From Minisyncoccota bacterium (GTDB lineage: Bacteria > Patescibacteriota > Minisyncoccia > Phycocordibacterales > Phycocordibacteraceae), in assembly GCA_041660025.1 (NCBI GenBank), contig JBAZXD010000002.1, positions 4,635-68,634 of the forward strand: a stretch of 64,000 nt of DNA, in the 5' to 3' direction. The position numbers and the translations under genes were made by a program. Positions 1-9,495 of the stretch are shown here, piece after piece. The notes under the pieces were generated by a model that saw only the letters and a list, made by a program, of their open reading frames with translations, made no database searches and was not told the origin of the DNA. How positions within the stretch are numbered: position 1 is the first letter of the stretch; each line of letters opens with the position of its first letter.

Positions 1-776
1 TCGAACTCTCGCCCGAGATACTTGTGCTGACAAATGTGGAATGGGACCACACGGATTATTTCCCGTCGCTTTCTGCATTGCAAGAGACGTTTCGAAAGGC
101 GATTGCGCGAGTATCGAATGATGGCGCGATTGTGACCGATCCCAATAACCCGAATATCGCGCCGCTCCTCGCGCATGCCAAAGCGAAAGTCATCGATTAT
201 ACGAAAGAACCGGCATACGAGCTTCGTCTGCCGGGTGAGTTTAATCAGAGTAATGCGCGCGCGGCCGCAGCGGCCGCGCGCCTCGCGTACCCGTCGATTA
301 CGGACGATACGATTCGTACTACGCTCGCATCGTTTCAGGGCACCTGGCGCCGATTTGAATACAAAGGGAAAACGGAGAAAGGTGCGGAAGTGTATGACGA
401 CTATGCGCACCACCCGACGGCGGTAAAGAAAACGCTCGAAGCGCTTCGCGCGAAAGTGAAGCGCAAGATTATCGTCGCCTTCCATCCACATCTGTACAGC
501 CGCACGCGCGACTTGCTCGACGAATTTGCGACGGCCTTTGCCGACGCGGATGAAGTGCTCATTGCGCCCATTTATGCTGCGCGCGAAACAGACGACGGAA
601 CAATATCGAGCGAGATACTCGCCGAGCGCATCCGCGCGACCGGCGTCGAAGCGACGGCACTCGATTTCGACGCAATTCTAAAAACGCTTCGAGAGGTCGA
701 GTCGGGCAATACCATTATGACTATGGGCGCGGGCGACATCTACAAAGTCGCCGATGCGCTCGTGAATCATAAATAA
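1..776 (+). CDS. murC: UDP-N-acetylmuramate--L-alanine ligase, C-terminal part (5' end outside window)
   Basis: The ORF 24..776 translation has a Mur-ligase C-terminal domain (DDYAHHPTAVKKTLEALRA, IIVAFHPHLYSRTRDLLDEFATAF, ADEVLIAPIYAARE). The frame stays open to the window start. Confidence 0.7.
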   Translation, partial: ELSPEILVLTNVEWDHTDYFPSLSALQETFRKAIARVSNDGAIVTDPNNPNIAPLLAHAKAKVIDYTKEPAYELRLPGEFNQSNARAAAAAARLAYPSITDDTIRTTLASFQGTWRRFEYKGKTEKGAEVYDDYAHHPTAVKKTLEALRAKVKRKIIVAFHPHLYSRTRDLLDEFATAFADADEVLIAPIYAARETDDGTISSEILAERIRATGVEATALDFDAILKTLREVESGNTIMTMGAGDIYKVADALVNHK

Positions 777-870
777 GCAAAGCTTGCTCCTTGCACTTGC
801 CTCGAACAAATGAACGAAGGCGTTCATTTGTTGCTCAGCTCGCTTGGTAATAAAAAAACGCCCCGGCATG
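777..870 (+). repeat. Conserved post-stop-codon intergenic element, copy A (CAAAGCTTGCTCC ... hairpin ... GCTCGCTTGGTAATA AAAAAAA)
   Basis: Shares the 5' box CAAAGyTTGCTCC and the 3' box GCTCGCTTGGTArTA plus an A-run with copies at 32907 and 36519. A different central hairpin sits in the same position in each copy. Confidence 0.55.
807..830 (+). terminator. Perfect 10-bp stem hairpin (caaatgaacg-aagg-cgttcatttg) 30 nt after the murC stop. It lies inside repeat element copy A.
   Basis: Inverted repeat read directly from the sequence. No strong T-run follows. Confidence 0.4.
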
Positions 871-1180
871 CAGGGCATTTGTCAAAAGTTGCCGAAAAAA
901 TGTGAGTTCCTTGCCGACATCGATTTTTCTGGCTTCGGTTGTGCCGGTCTCGGCGTGCCCATATGAAGTGCAGCATCCACAGGGTCTCGGAACGCAGCTG
1001 GCCACCTCGGCTTTCCTTTCAATCTCCGCGTCGATGCTTTTGGCGTACCGACACAAAGCGCGTGCTCCATTGCACTTGTAAGGCTCATAAATCCTCCGGG
1101 AAATGGGCGGTTGCGAAAGGTTTCTCCAGTGGCGATTATAGCGCATTGTCATAATAAGTCAATTGGGGTAGAGTGCGTGT

Positions 1181-1861
1181 ATGGGAACACTCTCAGTCGT
1201 CGCGACGCCGATAGGGAACTTGGAGGACATCACGCTCCGCGCTCTGCGGACGCTGAAAGAATGCGACGTCATTTATGCCGAGGATACGCGCGTCGTTTCA
1301 AAACTGCTTGCACGGTATGAGATTAAGAAGCCACTGCAACGACTCGATGCCGCGACAGAACTAAAAAAGGCGGACGAGATAATTACACGGCTTGAAGCCG
1401 GGGAGCGCGTCGTGTTTGTGAGCGACGCCGGTACACCGGGCGTCAGCGATCCCGGCGCGCGGCTCGTGGCGGCGGTGCGCAAGCTTTTGCCAAGCGCGAC
1501 GATCGAGGCGATACCAGGCGCCTCCGCGCTCACCGCGGCACTCTCTATTGCGGGAATCGACTCGACCGGATTCACCTTTCTCGGATTTCTGCCCCACAAG
1601 AAGGGCCGTCAAACGGCGCTCAAAAAAATTGCGGCGAGCGAAATCCCAGTCGTACTCTACGAATCGCCGCATCGGATTTTGAAATTGCTTGAGGAACTGG
1701 GAACTCTCGAAGTTTCGCAGGTTACGCTCGCCCGCGAGCTTACGAAGATCCATGAGGAAGTGGTCTCGGGCACGCCGCAGGAAGTACAGGGGCATTTCGC
1801 CGCGCACCCCGATGCCGTAAGAGGAGAATTTGTGGTTATTATTGAAGCGAAGCGAAAATAG
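1181..1861 (+). CDS. rsmI: 16S rRNA (cytidine1402-2'-O)-methyltransferase, tetrapyrrole-methylase fold
   Basis: N-terminus MGTLSVVATPIGNLEDITLRALRTLKECDVIYAEDTRV and the motifs SDAGTPGVSDPG and YESPHRI are typical of RsmI. Confidence 0.8.
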   Translation: MGTLSVVATPIGNLEDITLRALRTLKECDVIYAEDTRVVSKLLARYEIKKPLQRLDAATELKKADEIITRLEAGERVVFVSDAGTPGVSDPGARLVAAVRKLLPSATIEAIPGASALTAALSIAGIDSTGFTFLGFLPHKKGRQTALKKIAASEIPVVLYESPHRILKLLEELGTLEVSQVTLARELTKIHEEVVSGTPQEVQGHFAAHPDAVRGEFVVIIEAKRK

Positions 1862-1896
1862 TAACCACCCTGTTAAATCCCTTCAAATCTCCTCCC

Positions 1897-2157
1897 ATGT
1901 TTTATACTTATGTACTTTTATCCGGAAAAGATAAAAAATTTTACACAGGATATAGCGCCGATTTGAAGGGACGATTTGAGGAGCATTCGAAGGGGAAAGT
2001 AAAATCAACAAAAGATCGCCTGCCGTTAAGTCTTGTTTATTACGAGGCTTGCCTGAACGAGCGGGATGCTCGGCATCGTGAACGATATCTAAAAACTCAC
2101 CACGGCAAGCTGTTCCTTCGGAATCGCCTCAAATCGTATTTAACAGGGTTCGCATAG
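1897..2157 (+). CDS. Stand-alone GIY-YIG nuclease-domain protein (UPF0213-like)
   Basis: 86 aa containing YTYVLLSGKDKKFYTGYSADLKGRFEEH, i.e. a GIY-YIG core with the conserved R and E. Confidence 0.6.
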   Translation: MFYTYVLLSGKDKKFYTGYSADLKGRFEEHSKGKVKSTKDRLPLSLVYYEACLNERDARHRERYLKTHHGKLFLRNRLKSYLTGFA

Positions 2158-2171
2158 TCTGGTAGACTATG
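2153..2171 (+). promoter_or_regulatory. 8-bp stem hairpin (catagtct-ggt-agactatg) spanning the GIY-YIG stop codon and the ATG of the next ORF
   Basis: Inverted repeat read directly. It could act as a terminator or occlude the downstream start codon. Confidence 0.3.
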
Positions 2172-2405
2172 CTCATGTCCCGCACGAGCATCCTCATCCT
2201 TCTCGGTATTCTGGTCATCATCACTCCTTTTTCCGGACTCCCCATATTCCTGCGCTCATCGCTCGCAGTCATCTTCGGCGCCTGTGTGCTCGGCATAGGC
2301 ATCAGAGACCGCTCCCGAGAGGCGCGCGCGGCGCGCGGCGCTCAACCATCGGTCGAGTCTCCGATCGAACCGCCTCAGCCTCCGTCGGATATCTCTCCGA
2401 TCTAA
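2169..2405 (+). CDS. Small hypothetical membrane protein with two predicted TM helices and a Pro-rich tail
   Basis: Hydrophobic N-terminal 50 aa (ILILLGILVIITPFSGLPIFL...VIFGACVLGIGI). No homology recognised. Confidence 0.35.
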   Translation: MLMSRTSILILLGILVIITPFSGLPIFLRSSLAVIFGACVLGIGIRDRSREARAARGAQPSVESPIEPPQPPSDISPI

Positions 2406-2452
2406 TCTTGCACAAACACAAATCCCGCCGTGGCGCGGATTTGTTATACTTT

Positions 2453-4273
2453 ATGGCAATGGAGAATCCCGAGCGTGTTACCTACTTCGCAGCGACCGAC
2501 GCGCGAGGGAAGTATATTCCTTTCGGCATTAAAGCGAAGGACCGCGACCGCCATATGTACGTCATCGGCAAGACCGGTATGGGCAAGTCGACCTTGCTCG
2601 AGAATATGGCGATTCAGGATTTGCGGAATGGCGAGGGACTTACCTTCATCGACCCGCACGGGGGGACGGCTGAGCGCCTGCTCGACTACATCCCCGAGAA
2701 CCGCATCAAGGACGTCGTATACTTCGCCCCGTTCGACCTGGAGCACCCCATCGCCTTCAACGTGATGGAGGACGTCGGCTACGACAAACGCCACCTCGTG
2801 GTGAGCGGTCTTATGGCGACCTTCAAGAAGATATGGGAGGACGCCTGGAGCGCTCGTATGGAATACATCCTCACCAATACGCTCCTTGCGCTCCTCGAAT
2901 ACCCCGGCGCCACCCTCCTCGGCGTCAACCGGATGTACACCGACAAAGAATACCGGCAGAAGGTGGTCGAGAACGTGAAAGACCCGGTCGTGAAGGATTT
3001 CTGGATGAAAGAGTTCGCTAATTATGGCGACCGCTATACCCAGGAAGCGACGCCCGCCATCCAGAACAAGGTCGGACAGTTCACCGGCAACCCGCTCATC
3101 CGGAACATCATCGGCCAGCCGAAATCTTCGTTCGACATCCGCACGATGATGGACGAAAAGAAGATCCTCATCATCAACCTCTCCAAAGGTCTCGTGGGAG
3201 AGACGAATATGCGCCTCCTAGGCTCGATGCTCACGACGCGCATCTTCCTCGCCGCGATGAGTCGCGCGAACCTTCCCGCCCCGGAGCTCGCGAAGCTTCC
3301 GCACTTTTATTTCTACGTGGACGAGTTCCAGAACTTCGCGAACGAGACCTTCGCGGAGGTTCTCTCCGAGGCGCGCAAATATAAGCTGGACCTCGTCATC
3401 GCGCACCAGTACATCGAGCAGATGGAAGAGGAGGTGCGCGACGCCGTGTTCGGTAACGTCGGCACGACCGTCGTCTTCCGCGTCGGCCCCTTCGACGCCG
3501 AGGTGCTCGAGACGATCTTTATGCCGAAGTTCACGAAGGAAGATGTCGTCACGCTCGATAAGCGACAGATCTATCTCACGCTGATGATAGACGGGGTCGG
3601 GTCGGCGCCGTTCTCTGCGGTGACCATCCCGCCGATCGAAGCGCCTCCCGTCTCCTGCCGGGAGCAGGTTATCGCGGCGTCGCGGGCGCAGTTCTCCGCG
3701 CCGCGCGCCGGCATCGAGAGCGCCATTATGGAGGAGTTCGCGATGAGCGCGGCCTCCGAAGCTCCGTTCGATGCGCGAATGAAGAAGAAACCGGTCCAAC
3801 CTGCGCCGCGCGTCTCGGTCCCGACCCCTCTCCCTCCTCGTGCGGACTCGAGACCACCCTTTCCTCCGCGACCACCCTTCCTCCGCCCTTCGCCAAGAGC
3901 TCCGGAGGTTACGGCGCGTCCGTCCCAAGAACAGCCGCGGCGGGAATTCACTCCCCGTCCTTTGCGTGCTCCAGAGAGCACCGCCCGCCCGCCGCTTGAG
4001 CGCCCGGCCCCGCCGACAAAGAGCGCTGAGGACCTTAAGGCAATTCTGCGCACTATGACCGCGAAGAGCGGCGCGGAGAAGGAGAAGAAACAGGAACAGA
4101 ACCAACAGTCACTCAAAGGGGCGCTCGCCGAAGTGCTCGAAAAGAGCAAGCCCGCGGCGGCGGAGCCGCTGCGGGCGATCCCGCCACCAGCAGTTCCGGT
4201 ACAAGAAGAAAAAAAGCCGTTTGAAGTTTCTGAGGATTCGTTGCGGAAGGTGCTGAAAGGCGAGATAGAATAG
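2453..4273 (+). CDS. DUF87/AAA-like ATPase of the TraD/TraG/VirD4/HerA coupling-protein type, with a long Pro/Arg-rich low-complexity C-terminal tail
   Basis: FGIKAKDRDRHMYVIGKTGMGKSTLLENMAIQDLRNGEGLTFIDPHGG (Walker A in a TraD-like context) and a Walker B-like FYFYVDEFQNF. The first ATG is at 2453. The track's 2408 start is a TTG. Confidence 0.6.
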   Translation: MAMENPERVTYFAATDARGKYIPFGIKAKDRDRHMYVIGKTGMGKSTLLENMAIQDLRNGEGLTFIDPHGGTAERLLDYIPENRIKDVVYFAPFDLEHPIAFNVMEDVGYDKRHLVVSGLMATFKKIWEDAWSARMEYILTNTLLALLEYPGATLLGVNRMYTDKEYRQKVVENVKDPVVKDFWMKEFANYGDRYTQEATPAIQNKVGQFTGNPLIRNIIGQPKSSFDIRTMMDEKKILIINLSKGLVGETNMRLLGSMLTTRIFLAAMSRANLPAPELAKLPHFYFYVDEFQNFANETFAEVLSEARKYKLDLVIAHQYIEQMEEEVRDAVFGNVGTTVVFRVGPFDAEVLETIFMPKFTKEDVVTLDKRQIYLTLMIDGVGSAPFSAVTIPPIEAPPVSCREQVIAASRAQFSAPRAGIESAIMEEFAMSAASEAPFDARMKKKPVQPAPRVSVPTPLPPRADSRPPFPPRPPFLRPSPRAPEVTARPSQEQPRREFTPRPLRAPESTARPPLERPAPPTKSAEDLKAILRTMTAKSGAEKEKKQEQNQQSLKGALAEVLEKSKPAAAEPLRAIPPPAVPVQEEKKPFEVSEDSLRKVLKGEIE

Positions 4274-4278
4274 TCCCT

Positions 4279-5535
4279 ATGCGCGTCGCCGGGTTGCTCG
4301 CACTGGCCATCCTCACTCCCTCGCTTGTGTATGCGGCCGAGCCGCCTATACTTGCGACCTATACCATTTCGCAGAGTGTCATCTATCCGACCGCGACGGC
4401 CGAGTCCGGGCTTGCGACCACCACCGTTATTGATATCGCTTTTTCCGAACCGGTAAAAGCCTCCATCAAGATACTGTCCGCGGACGGTACCCTGATGAAG
4501 TCGCTGTATACGAGTTCGAGCGTCACCAACCCTGCGCCGAAGACGTGGGATGGGACGAATAATGCGGACACGTTCGTTGTCGACGGAACGTACACAGTAC
4601 TCATTTCAGCCACGTCCACCGCGACGAGTCTGTCGATGATTGACTCGTCCGGAACGATCACCGTTGCATCATCAGGCGGTCCCGATCCGTCAGAACCGGA
4701 TCCCTCCGCCCCTTCCGATGCAACCGCCGCGACGGGCGCATCGAGCAGTGGTCCGGCAGAATATCTTCCGATACCGGTCTTGCGTATCCTCACAAGCAGC
4801 TCGCGCACAGTATCTTCCGGTGCGGACACCGCCTTTACCTCCGCCGTGTATGACAGCAGGGGAAACAGGCGCGATGATGCCGTGGTGACCTGGTCGTTCG
4901 GCGACGGGATGCGCAGGACCGGCGCGAATGTCCTCCACCCGTATCACGACCCGGGCGAATACATCGTCATCGTCCGCGCGACGACTCCCGACGGCGGCGA
5001 CGCGGTCGTCGAGACCATCGTGACCGTGAAGGACGCGAGCATCAAGATCGCCGCCGTGTCTTCCCGGGGCATCACGCTTGCCAATGATAGTTCGCGGACG
5101 CTCGATCTCTCGTGGTGGCGCCTGTCGGCGGGCGGCCAGGAATTCAAGATCCCCGCGGATACGCAGATGCTTCCCGGGCGTACGGTCCTTTTCCCCTCGC
5201 AGGTGATAGAGCTCCCGGTGACGGGGTCGGCATCGCTCCTCTATCCGAGCGGGGAAGTGGCGGCTGCGTATCCAGCGGTAGCTGCTGTACCACAGAGTGC
5301 GCTCAAGCAACCTTCTTTCAATGGAGCGAGTTATGAAAAGGTACAGGCGGTCGAGCCGATTATCAGCACGCAAACGAACATTCGAGCATATGAAGAAGCA
5401 GTAGATGCCCCCACCGCGGCGACCGAACTCGCCGCGGTGGGGGCGGTCCCCGCACCGAGCATTTTCCGTTCTCCGTGGTTCCTCAGCTTCCTCGGTGTTG
5501 TGGCGCTCGCCGGCAGCGCATTCATATTCCTCTGA
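4279..5535 (+). CDS. Secreted, membrane-anchored surface protein with a PKD-like domain
   Basis: Signal peptide MRVAGLLALAILTPSLVYAA. PKD signature WSFGDGMRRTGANVLHPYHDPGEYIVIVRATTPDGG. C-terminal hydrophobic anchor WFLSFLGVVALAGSAFIFL. Confidence 0.55.
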   Translation: MRVAGLLALAILTPSLVYAAEPPILATYTISQSVIYPTATAESGLATTTVIDIAFSEPVKASIKILSADGTLMKSLYTSSSVTNPAPKTWDGTNNADTFVVDGTYTVLISATSTATSLSMIDSSGTITVASSGGPDPSEPDPSAPSDATAATGASSSGPAEYLPIPVLRILTSSSRTVSSGADTAFTSAVYDSRGNRRDDAVVTWSFGDGMRRTGANVLHPYHDPGEYIVIVRATTPDGGDAVVETIVTVKDASIKIAAVSSRGITLANDSSRTLDLSWWRLSAGGQEFKIPADTQMLPGRTVLFPSQVIELPVTGSASLLYPSGEVAAAYPAVAAVPQSALKQPSFNGASYEKVQAVEPIISTQTNIRAYEEAVDAPTAATELAAVGAVPAPSIFRSPWFLSFLGVVALAGSAFIFL

Positions 5536-5573
5536 TTCGCACTCAATCGATTTTTACGCTACGCTTTCTCGAA

Positions 5574-6425
5574 ATGACAGCCAAAAAACTCATTCTTGTT
5601 ACCGGCGGTGCGGGCTTCATCGGCTCGCATCTCTGCGCGCGCCTGGTGAAAGATGGGCATACAGTCATCTCCCTCGACAACTACTTCATCGGCAGTCGCG
5701 ATAATCACGTACCCGGCGTCGAGTACCGCGAGGGCCATACGAAGGATATCGAGAAGCATATTCCCGAGACGCCCGATATCATCTATCACCTCGGCGAGTA
5801 TTCACGCGTCGAGAAGAGTCTCGAAGAGCCGGCGCTCGTCTGGGACCTGAACAAGGATGGCACATTCGGCGTTGTTGAATTTTGGCGCAAGCGGGGCGGC
5901 AAGCTTATGTATGCCGGCTCTTCGACGAAGTTCGGCGACGGCGGTCTCGGTCGCGACCAGAGCCCCTATTCGTGGACGAAAGCTACCAATACCGAACTCG
6001 TCAGGAACTACAGCATCTGGTACGGTCTGCCGCACGCGATTACGTATTTCTATAACGTATACGGTCCCGGAGAGCGCGCGGGAACCTACGGCACGGTCAT
6101 TGAGATTTTCAGAAAAAAGCATCTGGCTGGAGAGCCGCTTACCATAAACGCGCCGGGAACCCAGAAGAGAAATTTCACTCACGTAGACGATATCATCGAG
6201 GGATTGATGCTGGTCGGGGCGGACGGAACGGGGGACGATTTCGGCATCGGCGATGAGAAGGCGTATTCGATACTCGAAGTGGCGCAGATGTTTGGAGGGG
6301 AAATCGTCATGAAGACTGCTCCGCAAGGTAACCGCATGGGTTCTGACATCGACACCGCGAAGACGCGCTCGCTCGGCTGGTCGCCGAAGAAGAATCTCGC
6401 CGACTACATCGCGGGAATAAAATGA
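5574..6425 (+). CDS. NAD-dependent sugar epimerase/dehydratase (UDP-glucuronate decarboxylase/UXS-like short SDR)
   Basis: MTAKKLILVTGGAGFIGSHLCARLVKDGHTVISLDNYFIGS Rossmann motif, plus YSWTK (YxxxK). The ATG at 5574 is chosen as start rather than the track's upstream 5475. Confidence 0.7.
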   Translation: MTAKKLILVTGGAGFIGSHLCARLVKDGHTVISLDNYFIGSRDNHVPGVEYREGHTKDIEKHIPETPDIIYHLGEYSRVEKSLEEPALVWDLNKDGTFGVVEFWRKRGGKLMYAGSSTKFGDGGLGRDQSPYSWTKATNTELVRNYSIWYGLPHAITYFYNVYGPGERAGTYGTVIEIFRKKHLAGEPLTINAPGTQKRNFTHVDDIIEGLMLVGADGTGDDFGIGDEKAYSILEVAQMFGGEIVMKTAPQGNRMGSDIDTAKTRSLGWSPKKNLADYIAGIK

Positions 6426-7585
6426 AACGCGTGCTCATCTTCTCGCTCGCGTATTATCCGCATGTGGGCGGGGCGGAGGTTGCGCTGAAGGAGATCACCG
6501 ACCGTCTCACGGACATTGAATTCCATATGGTGACCATGCGATTTTCCGGAACAGAGGCGCGTGAAGAGAAGGTCGGCAACATATTCGTCCATCGGATCGG
6601 GAACGGAGAAGGGAGATTGAATAAATATCTCTATCAATTTTTTGCGGCGTGGAAAGGAGCACAGCTCCACAGGCAATATCATTTTGGAGCTCTCTGGGCG
6701 ATGATGGCGCATTCCTCCGGCGTGCCGGCGGCTCTTTTCAAACTGTTCCATCCCCGCGTGCCGTACGTGCTGACCCTCCAGGAAGGGGACCCTCCTGAAT
6801 ACATCGAACGGCTCGCTTGGCCGGTCTGGCCTCTCTTTTCCCGAGCATTTACTTCCGCCGATGCTATTGCGGCCGAATCAACCTTCCTCGGCCGCTGGGC
6901 TCTTCGGAGAGGGTTTAAGGGACCCCTGGAGGTAATCCCCAACGGCATGGATGCAGAGCGGTTCGCGCGGGTGCCGGCGCAGGGAGAGACGGAGGCCGTC
7001 CGGGCGAAGATTGGGAAAAAAGAGGGCGAGATATGGCTCGTCCATACCGGTCGGCTGGTGCACAAAAATGCGCTTGATATATGCATTCGCGCGTTGCCGC
7101 TTTTGCCGGAGACCGTTCGTTTCTTCATGCTCGGAGATGGTCCCGACAAGAATATGCTCGTCAAACTCGGCCGTGAGCTTGGTGTTTCCGCGCGCACGCA
7201 TTTCCATCCGTACGTGCCGCTTGTTGAAATACCGAATTATTTGAAAGCGTGCGACCTCTTCATACGCCCGTCGCGCTCCGAGGGTATGGGCAACTCTTTT
7301 ATCGAAGCGATGGCGGCAGGCTTGCCGGTCATCGCGACACAAGAGGGCGGCATCGCGGACTTTCTCTTTGACGCGAAGCGCAATCCCGACAAACCGACGA
7401 CCGGCTGGGCAGTCGATAAAGATTCGCCAGAACAGATTGCGGAAGCGGTAAAAGATATCCTCGCGCATCCCGAAGAGGTTGCGCGCGTGGTGGCGACGGC
7501 AAAGAAGCTCGCCCTCGAGAACTACGACTGGGACACTATAGCGAAGGATATGCGCGAAAAAGTTTTTATGCGCGTGTTGGGGTAA
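6422..7585 (+). CDS. Glycosyltransferase family 4
   Basis: C-terminal GT4 signature SRSEGMGNSFIEAMAAGLPVIATQEGGIADFL (E-x7-E motif). Confidence 0.7.
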   Translation: MKRVLIFSLAYYPHVGGAEVALKEITDRLTDIEFHMVTMRFSGTEAREEKVGNIFVHRIGNGEGRLNKYLYQFFAAWKGAQLHRQYHFGALWAMMAHSSGVPAALFKLFHPRVPYVLTLQEGDPPEYIERLAWPVWPLFSRAFTSADAIAAESTFLGRWALRRGFKGPLEVIPNGMDAERFARVPAQGETEAVRAKIGKKEGEIWLVHTGRLVHKNALDICIRALPLLPETVRFFMLGDGPDKNMLVKLGRELGVSARTHFHPYVPLVEIPNYLKACDLFIRPSRSEGMGNSFIEAMAAGLPVIATQEGGIADFLFDAKRNPDKPTTGWAVDKDSPEQIAEAVKDILAHPEEVARVVATAKKLALENYDWDTIAKDMREKVFMRVLG

Positions 7586-7594
7586 TATTGCGTT

Positions 7595-8368
7595 ATGGAA
7601 ACCTACGATTTTATTGTAAGCACCGTCCGCGAGGCGGGGGAGGTACTGCGCCGTTCGCGCGATGAAGGATTTAATACTATGAGCAAGGGAGGAGATCCGC
7701 GCGACGTGGTTACCTCGGTGGACACTGCGGTAAACGAGTTCATTATCGGGAAAATCAAAGAATCCTATCCGGAAGACACCATTTACTCTGAGGAAGGGGG
7801 CGGTTCGAAAGGGGGCGGCCGGACGTGGGCAATTGACCCCATTGACGGGTCATCCAATTTTTCGCGCGGCATCCCGCATTATGCGATTTGTCTCGCGTTT
7901 CTTGAGGGCGGCGCGCCGGTCGCCGGCGCCGTCTACAATCCGGTCACCGACGAACTTTTCAGTTTCAAAAAGGGCGGCGGCGCATTTCTGAACGGCGCTC
8001 CCATCAAGGTTTCGGCGATAACGAACCTGAAAGATGCGTCGGTATTTCTCCATGCAGGACGCAAGTCGGAGCTCTGGGACTGGGGAGGCGCTTCATATAC
8101 AAAATTGCTCGGCGCCGCCAAGAAGACTTCCAATTACAGCGGTTCCGTGCTCGACGCGTGCTTTGTCGCGGCGGGGCGTATTGAGGCGAACATTTACGGG
8201 CGTTTAACCACGATGGACATCGCGTCCGCCATCGGCATCCTGCTTGAAGCCGGCGGACGAATTGTGAATGACAAAGGCGAAGCGATAGCTTTTTCTGCCG
8301 AGCCGCAGAAAGTAGTGATGACGAACAGTCCGGAAATCGAATCAGCAGTCCTCAAACTCCTTTTTTAG
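7595..8368 (+). CDS. Inositol monophosphatase family protein (SuhB/CysQ-like)
   Basis: EEGG metal site and WAIDPIDGSSNFSRGIPHYAICLAF IMPase signature. Confidence 0.7.
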   Translation: METYDFIVSTVREAGEVLRRSRDEGFNTMSKGGDPRDVVTSVDTAVNEFIIGKIKESYPEDTIYSEEGGGSKGGGRTWAIDPIDGSSNFSRGIPHYAICLAFLEGGAPVAGAVYNPVTDELFSFKKGGGAFLNGAPIKVSAITNLKDASVFLHAGRKSELWDWGGASYTKLLGAAKKTSNYSGSVLDACFVAAGRIEANIYGRLTTMDIASAIGILLEAGGRIVNDKGEAIAFSAEPQKVVMTNSPEIESAVLKLLF

Positions 8369-9429
8369 ACGACATTAAACTCTCGCTGCCGCTCTTTTTC
8401 CTCCGGGGAACGGAGCGCGTCGCGCGTCGCGACATATTGGTCCGTCACCTCCTTCGCAAGCGGGCGGTCTTCGAGGACTGCTATAAGCGCTTCGCGCCAA
8501 TACGCGATGCGCGCAAGCGTGAGGGTGTGGAGGTCGCCGGCCGTCTTTGCGAGCGAACGAGCATAGAAATCAAGGAGGAAGGTGATCTTATACGCCCGCA
8601 TAAGCCGGAGCGAGAGGTACTCGTCTTCGCCGCGATTGCGGCGCACATACTTGGCGAGGAGCCGTTCCAATTCCGGGCTGTGTATCAGCATATAGTTGAG
8701 GAATCGCGCCCAGCCCTCATATTTGTTGCCGAAATGGATGGTCGCGTAGTTGGGCACGCAGTCGAGCATGTAGAGCGTATGTTCCGTGATGCGGAAATTA
8801 TGCGGAACGAAGTCAGTATGGGTGAGATAATTCGCATACCGGTCGATTGTTACGACGCCCTCTCTGAGGAATTTTTCAGTGCGCTCCAGAACCGTGCGAA
8901 GCGGCTCATCCGGATACTGCCGGAGAATAGAATCTTTCAATCTTGCGAAGTCGCGGAAATATTCGGCGGAAGAGAGGACAGGAAAAACATCTTTAACTGC
9001 ACGTAAATGTTCAAAGGTCGTCGCGTGGAACGCTTCCTGCGCCTCGAATGCGGAGAGCGCGATGAAGAACTGCTCTTCAATTGTATGTGCGACAAACACT
9101 TTTTCCTGCGGGATGAAGCGCATAATGAGAAAGAGGTAGCCGCCTTCGGTGCCGTAATATAGCTCATCGGGGAGCAGTATCTTCTTATCCGCGAACGAGA
9201 GCGAGAGCATCAGGTCGCGCGAACTTTTTTCAGATTCGATTTCTTTCTTGCCGTCCTTGCGGCTGCTCGTCTTGATGATGACTTTCGTTCCGTCGCTGTC
9301 CTGCGTGCCGGCGAGGACGAGTTTGCCGCCGGCCATAAGATACCGCTCACCGCTCATATACGGCTGTCGTTCATCGAGCGAAAAGCCGAGGGGTTTGAGC
9401 AAACGGGAAATAGTTGAGAGTTCGTTCAT
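8365..9429 (-). CDS. Aminoglycoside/choline-kinase-like phosphotransferase (APH/protein-kinase-like fold)
   Basis: Brenner motif HTDFVPHNF (HxDxxxxN) and a downstream D-x-G-like LDCVPN. Start set at the internal Met MNELST (9429), not the track's 9849, which would run into the upstream gene region. Confidence 0.5.
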   Translation of the reverse strand: MNELSTISRLLKPLGFSLDERQPYMSGERYLMAGGKLVLAGTQDSDGTKVIIKTSSRKDGKKEIESEKSSRDLMLSLSFADKKILLPDELYYGTEGGYLFLIMRFIPQEKVFVAHTIEEQFFIALSAFEAQEAFHATTFEHLRAVKDVFPVLSSAEYFRDFARLKDSILRQYPDEPLRTVLERTEKFLREGVVTIDRYANYLTHTDFVPHNFRITEHTLYMLDCVPNYATIHFGNKYEGWARFLNYMLIHSPELERLLAKYVRRNRGEDEYLSLRLMRAYKITFLLDFYARSLAKTAGDLHTLTLARIAYWREALIAVLEDRPLAKEVTDQYVATRDALRSPEEKERQREFNVV

Positions 9430-9495
9430 AGTAACGCGGCGCCTCGCCGCGCGGTTGTTATAGAGATAGGTCCATTCTATACTGCTTATAACGCT

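Noticed and set aside
3218-4105. 295-aa minus-strand ORF inside the DUF87 ATPase gene, and the similar antisense ORFs 4690..5373 and 3571..4149
   Set aside because: Arg/Leu/Gly-rich low-complexity translations with no motifs. These are typical GC-rich antisense shadows of the well-supported plus-strand genes.
8437-9006. 189-aa plus-strand ORF overlapping the kinase-like gene
   Set aside because: The opposite-strand frame carries the HxDxxxxN phosphotransferase motif. This frame has no recognisable features.
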